From an uncultured archaeon (GTDB lineage Archaea; Aenigmatarchaeota; Aenigmatarchaeia; CG10238-14; SCSR01), in NCBI GenBank assembly GCA_964423085.1, contig CAYRDB010000003.1, positions 1 through 37,259 on the forward strand: a stretch of 37,259 bases of DNA, in the 5' to 3' direction. The notes below the pieces were generated by a model, which saw only the letters and a program-made list of their open reading frames with translations, had not been told where the DNA came from and did not search any database. Of this stretch, positions 34,468 to 37,259 are shown piece by piece. Within the stretch, counting starts at the first letter, position 1. Each line of letters opens with the position of its first letter. A program made the position numbers and the translations under genes.

Positions 34468-34659
34468 TCAGAGCCTTCTAGAATAGCCGCACTTTGGGCA
34501 AACCCATATTTCAGATTCGTATCTATATTTGGCGTCTGGGTCTCCAGAAACGAGCCCCTCCTTTATCATGCTTACTTTCTCAGGATTTTTGCCACAGTTT
34601 TCGCATACGCCGAAAGTCCAAGATTCCTTTATTATTCTGTTCTTGTCTATGACCGTCAT
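34468..34659 (-). CDS. Small zinc-ribbon protein, unknown function
   Basis: CENCG...CPKCG four-Cys arrangement in 63 aa. Confidence 0.45.
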   Translation of the reverse strand: MTVIDKNRIIKESWTFGVCENCGKNPEKVSMIKEGLVSGDPDAKYRYESEIWVCPKCGYSRRL

Positions 34660-34763
34660 TTAAACCATCAATCATCTGGTCAGATTCTAAACATGTAACC
34701 CAACTTTTATAGAAAGTTATAAGCGTGCTTTGATTTAAATCTTAAACTGTAAAGGATGATTGA

Positions 34764-36437
34764 ATGAAATACTCTAAGCTCGCCGATGTATACGAAAGAT
34801 TGGAATCAACTTCATCGAAGCTTGAGAAGAGGGACATACTATCATGCCTTCTTTCAGAGACTGAAGACAGCGAACTTGAGAAAATAGTTCTTTTGGCAAC
34901 TGGAAAGGTATATCCGATTTCTTCAGAAGACGACCTTGGAGTGGCGTCAAAAATGATAGAAAAAGCCATATCAAAATCTACCGGATTCTCGGAAAAGTCT
35001 ATAATCGAGGAGCTGAAAAAAACTGGCGACCTCGGACTGGTGGCTGAGAATTTCGTAGGGTCTAAAAAGCAGTCTACGTTGATGAAGAGGAGCCTGGATG
35101 TTGAAAGGGTGTTCAGTTGTCTGAAAAAGCTACCGGAAATAAACGGAAAGGGATCTCAGGAAAGGAAAATTAGCATAGTCGCAGAGCTTCTCTCATCAGC
35201 AACTCCAAAAGAGGCCAAATACATTGCCAGAACTGCGCTGGGCACGCTAAGGATAGGTGTTGCAGAAGGCACGCTCCGAGACGCAATTGCCAAAGCTTTC
35301 GATGTTAAAGCAGAGAACGTTGAGAATGCATGGAACATGATGCCGGACTATGCAAAAATAACAATGATAGCAAAGTCGGATGGAGACGATGGCCTCAGCA
35401 AAGTGAAAGCCAAAGTCGGAACTTCGATACAAGTTTTGCTTTGCGAAAAGGCTCCGAACCTAGAAGAAGCTTTGAAAAAGTTCGACGAGCCTGCGATAGA
35501 AGTGAAATACGACGGGGCGCGGGTTCAGATACATAAAGAGAAAGGAAAGATAACCGTTTTTACAAGAAGGTTGGAGAATGTAACAAGGCAGTTCCCAGAC
35601 CTTGTCAAAATGGCGAATTCTTCGATTAGAGCAGAAAGCTGCATATTGGACGGGGAAATGATTGGGACAGACAGCAAAACTGGAAAACCCTTGCCATTCC
35701 AGCTACTTTCACAGAGGATACAGAGAAAGTACGACGTGGATAAGATGGTGAAGGAAATACCGATACAGATAAACCTTTTCGACATTGTCTATGCGGACGG
35801 AAGGCAGCTTTTCGACATGCCTCTAAGAGAAAGGCGAAAAGTTCTTGAGGACTCGGTGAAACCTATTCCGGAAAAGTTCCAGTTCGCCAAGTGTCTTGTG
35901 AGCAATGATGTTAAAAAGGCTCAAATATTTTACGAAAATGCGCTAAAAGAAGGGCAGGAAGGGGTGATAGTAAAGAACCTCAATTCTAACTATCAGCCCG
36001 GAAGAAGAGTTGGATACTGGCTAAAGGTCAAACCTATAATGGACCCGCTTGACTTGGTGATAATAGGCGCTGAGTGGGGAACTGGCAAAAGGGCGAACTG
36101 GCTCAGCAGCTTCACTCTAGCATGTCTCGACGAAAACGCAGGGGATTTTCTGGAATGTGGAATGATGGGAACGGGTCTGACAGACGAAGAGTTCAAATCA
36201 ATGACAGAAAAACTCAAGCCTCTAATAACTGCCGATGACGGAAGGAGCGTCAAAATAGAGCCTAAGATAGTTTTCGAGATAGGATACGAAGAGATACAAA
36301 AATCGACAAAGTACAGTTCCGGATTCGCGCTTCGATTTCCTCGACTAATAAGGGACAGAAGCGCTGACAAAAGTCCGGAAGACGCCGACACAATAAGTAG
36401 GCTAGAAGAGCTCTACAAAGACCAGAAAGGCAGGTAA
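34764..36437 (+). CDS. lig: ATP-dependent DNA ligase
   Basis: Motif I EVKYDGARVQIH (adenylated Lys), EGVIVK, YWLKVK and an OB-fold C-terminal domain. Length is 557 aa. Confidence 0.95.
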   Translation: MKYSKLADVYERLESTSSKLEKRDILSCLLSETEDSELEKIVLLATGKVYPISSEDDLGVASKMIEKAISKSTGFSEKSIIEELKKTGDLGLVAENFVGSKKQSTLMKRSLDVERVFSCLKKLPEINGKGSQERKISIVAELLSSATPKEAKYIARTALGTLRIGVAEGTLRDAIAKAFDVKAENVENAWNMMPDYAKITMIAKSDGDDGLSKVKAKVGTSIQVLLCEKAPNLEEALKKFDEPAIEVKYDGARVQIHKEKGKITVFTRRLENVTRQFPDLVKMANSSIRAESCILDGEMIGTDSKTGKPLPFQLLSQRIQRKYDVDKMVKEIPIQINLFDIVYADGRQLFDMPLRERRKVLEDSVKPIPEKFQFAKCLVSNDVKKAQIFYENALKEGQEGVIVKNLNSNYQPGRRVGYWLKVKPIMDPLDLVIIGAEWGTGKRANWLSSFTLACLDENAGDFLECGMMGTGLTDEEFKSMTEKLKPLITADDGRSVKIEPKIVFEIGYEEIQKSTKYSSGFALRFPRLIRDRSADKSPEDADTISRLEELYKDQKGR

Positions 36438-36594
36438 AATCTTACCAGCGTCACTGCTAAAATCTTTAAGACGTTGACGAAGAACCGCCATAGTTGAGCC
36501 AAGCGGCTTGACTACTTCACAGATATAAAACTTATATATTAAATCACTAATTAGTTAAAACATAGAGACATGTTATATATTGAAGGAGATTGAA

Positions 36595-37259
36595 ATGATT
36601 GCCTCATCGAAAGTAATGGACGCCCTTAAGGGAATAGGCCTGAACCTTTACGAAAGGAGGTTGTGGGTCGCATTGCTTGCGAGAGGAACTTCTACTGCTG
36701 GGGAGCTTTCTGAGATAGCTAACGTTCCAAGGTCGAGGACGTACGACATACTCCAGAGCCTTGCGGACAAGGGATTTGTTGTTGTTCAGACAAGCAAGCC
36801 GATAAAATATGTTGCTGTAACTCCGGACGAGTCGCTTGAACGCGTGAAAAGGAAGCTCGAAGAGGACGTTATTGCAGTGCAGACAAGGATAGACGAGCTT
36901 AGGGCTTCTCCGGCGATGAGCGAATTGAACGAAATATTCAAAAAGGGCATGAAGATGACTACGCCAGAAGAGCTGACCGGATCGCTGAAAGGAAAGTATT
37001 CCGTCCACCAGCAGATGAACACAATGTTCAGGGAAGCCAGCAACAGCATAAACATAATAACAAACCCAGAGGGTCTTGACGAACTTGCCTTGAATCATTT
37101 TGATGCGCTGAGAAAAGCGAAGGAGCGCGGAGTCAACATAAAGATAGCTGCAAATATGCCAACTAAGATAGGAGACTCTGTAAAGACGTTCAGCAACATA
37201 GCAGAAATCAGGAATGTCAGCAGGAAGGAGCTCCCGATGGGAGGAAAATTCTTCATAGT
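36595..37259 (+). CDS. TrmB-family transcriptional regulator (3' end cut by window edge)
   Basis: Not in the ORF track because the frame stays open to the window end. GGAG lies 8 nt upstream of the ATG at 36595. The N-terminal winged HTH LGLNLYERRLWVALLARGTSTAGELSEIANVPRSRTYDILQSLADKGFV matches the TrmB consensus. Confidence 0.8.
   Translation, partial: MIASSKVMDALKGIGLNLYERRLWVALLARGTSTAGELSEIANVPRSRTYDILQSLADKGFVVVQTSKPIKYVAVTPDESLERVKRKLEEDVIAVQTRIDELRASPAMSELNEIFKKGMKMTTPEELTGSLKGKYSVHQQMNTMFREASNSINIITNPEGLDELALNHFDALRKAKERGVNIKIAANMPTKIGDSVKTFSNIAEIRNVSRKELPMGGKFFI

Noticed and set aside
36604-37098. 164-aa and 89-aa minus-strand ORFs at the right edge
   Set aside because: The plus strand carries a clear TrmB-family wHTH protein with GGAG plus ATG at 36595. 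That ORF was missed by the track only because it has no stop inside the window.
1-37259. Search for CRISPR arrays, IS elements, integrases, toxin-antitoxin pairs and known defence genes
   Set aside because: No regularly spaced direct repeats, terminal inverted repeats, transposase or integrase motifs, or recognisable defence domains were seen on either strand.

Overview
Compact archaeal chromosomal window, almost entirely coding. Split rpoA and rpoB, eukaryote-like translation factors, intron-bearing tRNAs and abutting genes suggest a small-genome (DPANN-like or euryarchaeal) lineage; this lineage call is inference only. Left to right: proS (5' partial), proteasome beta subunit and aCPSF1/FttA. 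Next is an eight-gene minus-strand type IV pilus-like locus with a coiled-coil protein, two pilin-like genes, a FlaI/TadA-type ATPase, two half-size FlaJ/TadC-like platform genes and two more pilin-like genes. Then comes the thermosome, followed by a small accessory stretch: ACT/HTH regulator-like gene, LysW-like carrier protein, a 69-aa ORF, minimal Ogt, GNAT, an AT-rich S66 LD-carboxypeptidase, a COG1395-type regulator, Nudix, an intron-bearing tRNA and an AT-rich orphan ORF. The classical archaeal cluster follows on the minus strand: rpoH-rpoB''-rpoB'-rpoA'-rpoA''-rpl30e-nusA-rps12-rps7-fusA-tuf-rps10. After it lie tRNA-Asp, a free-standing 5S rRNA, tRNA-Tyr, an envelope protein, a nitroreductase, a Zn-ribbon ORF, ATP-dependent DNA ligase and a TrmB-like regulator (3' partial). 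The most unusual observation is that rpoB' and rpoA' form one uninterrupted 1444-codon reading frame, a beta/beta'-type fusion. Other notable points are a probable tRNA-Ile(UAU) with two introns and an atypical T-loop, and tRNA-Asp ending 2-17 nt before rpoH. There is also an orphan LysW-like protein ending in DWGE, an unannotated 25-aa eL41-like basic micro-ORF, and a uS12 with substitutions in both decoding-centre loops. No CRISPR array, transposase or integrase was seen.
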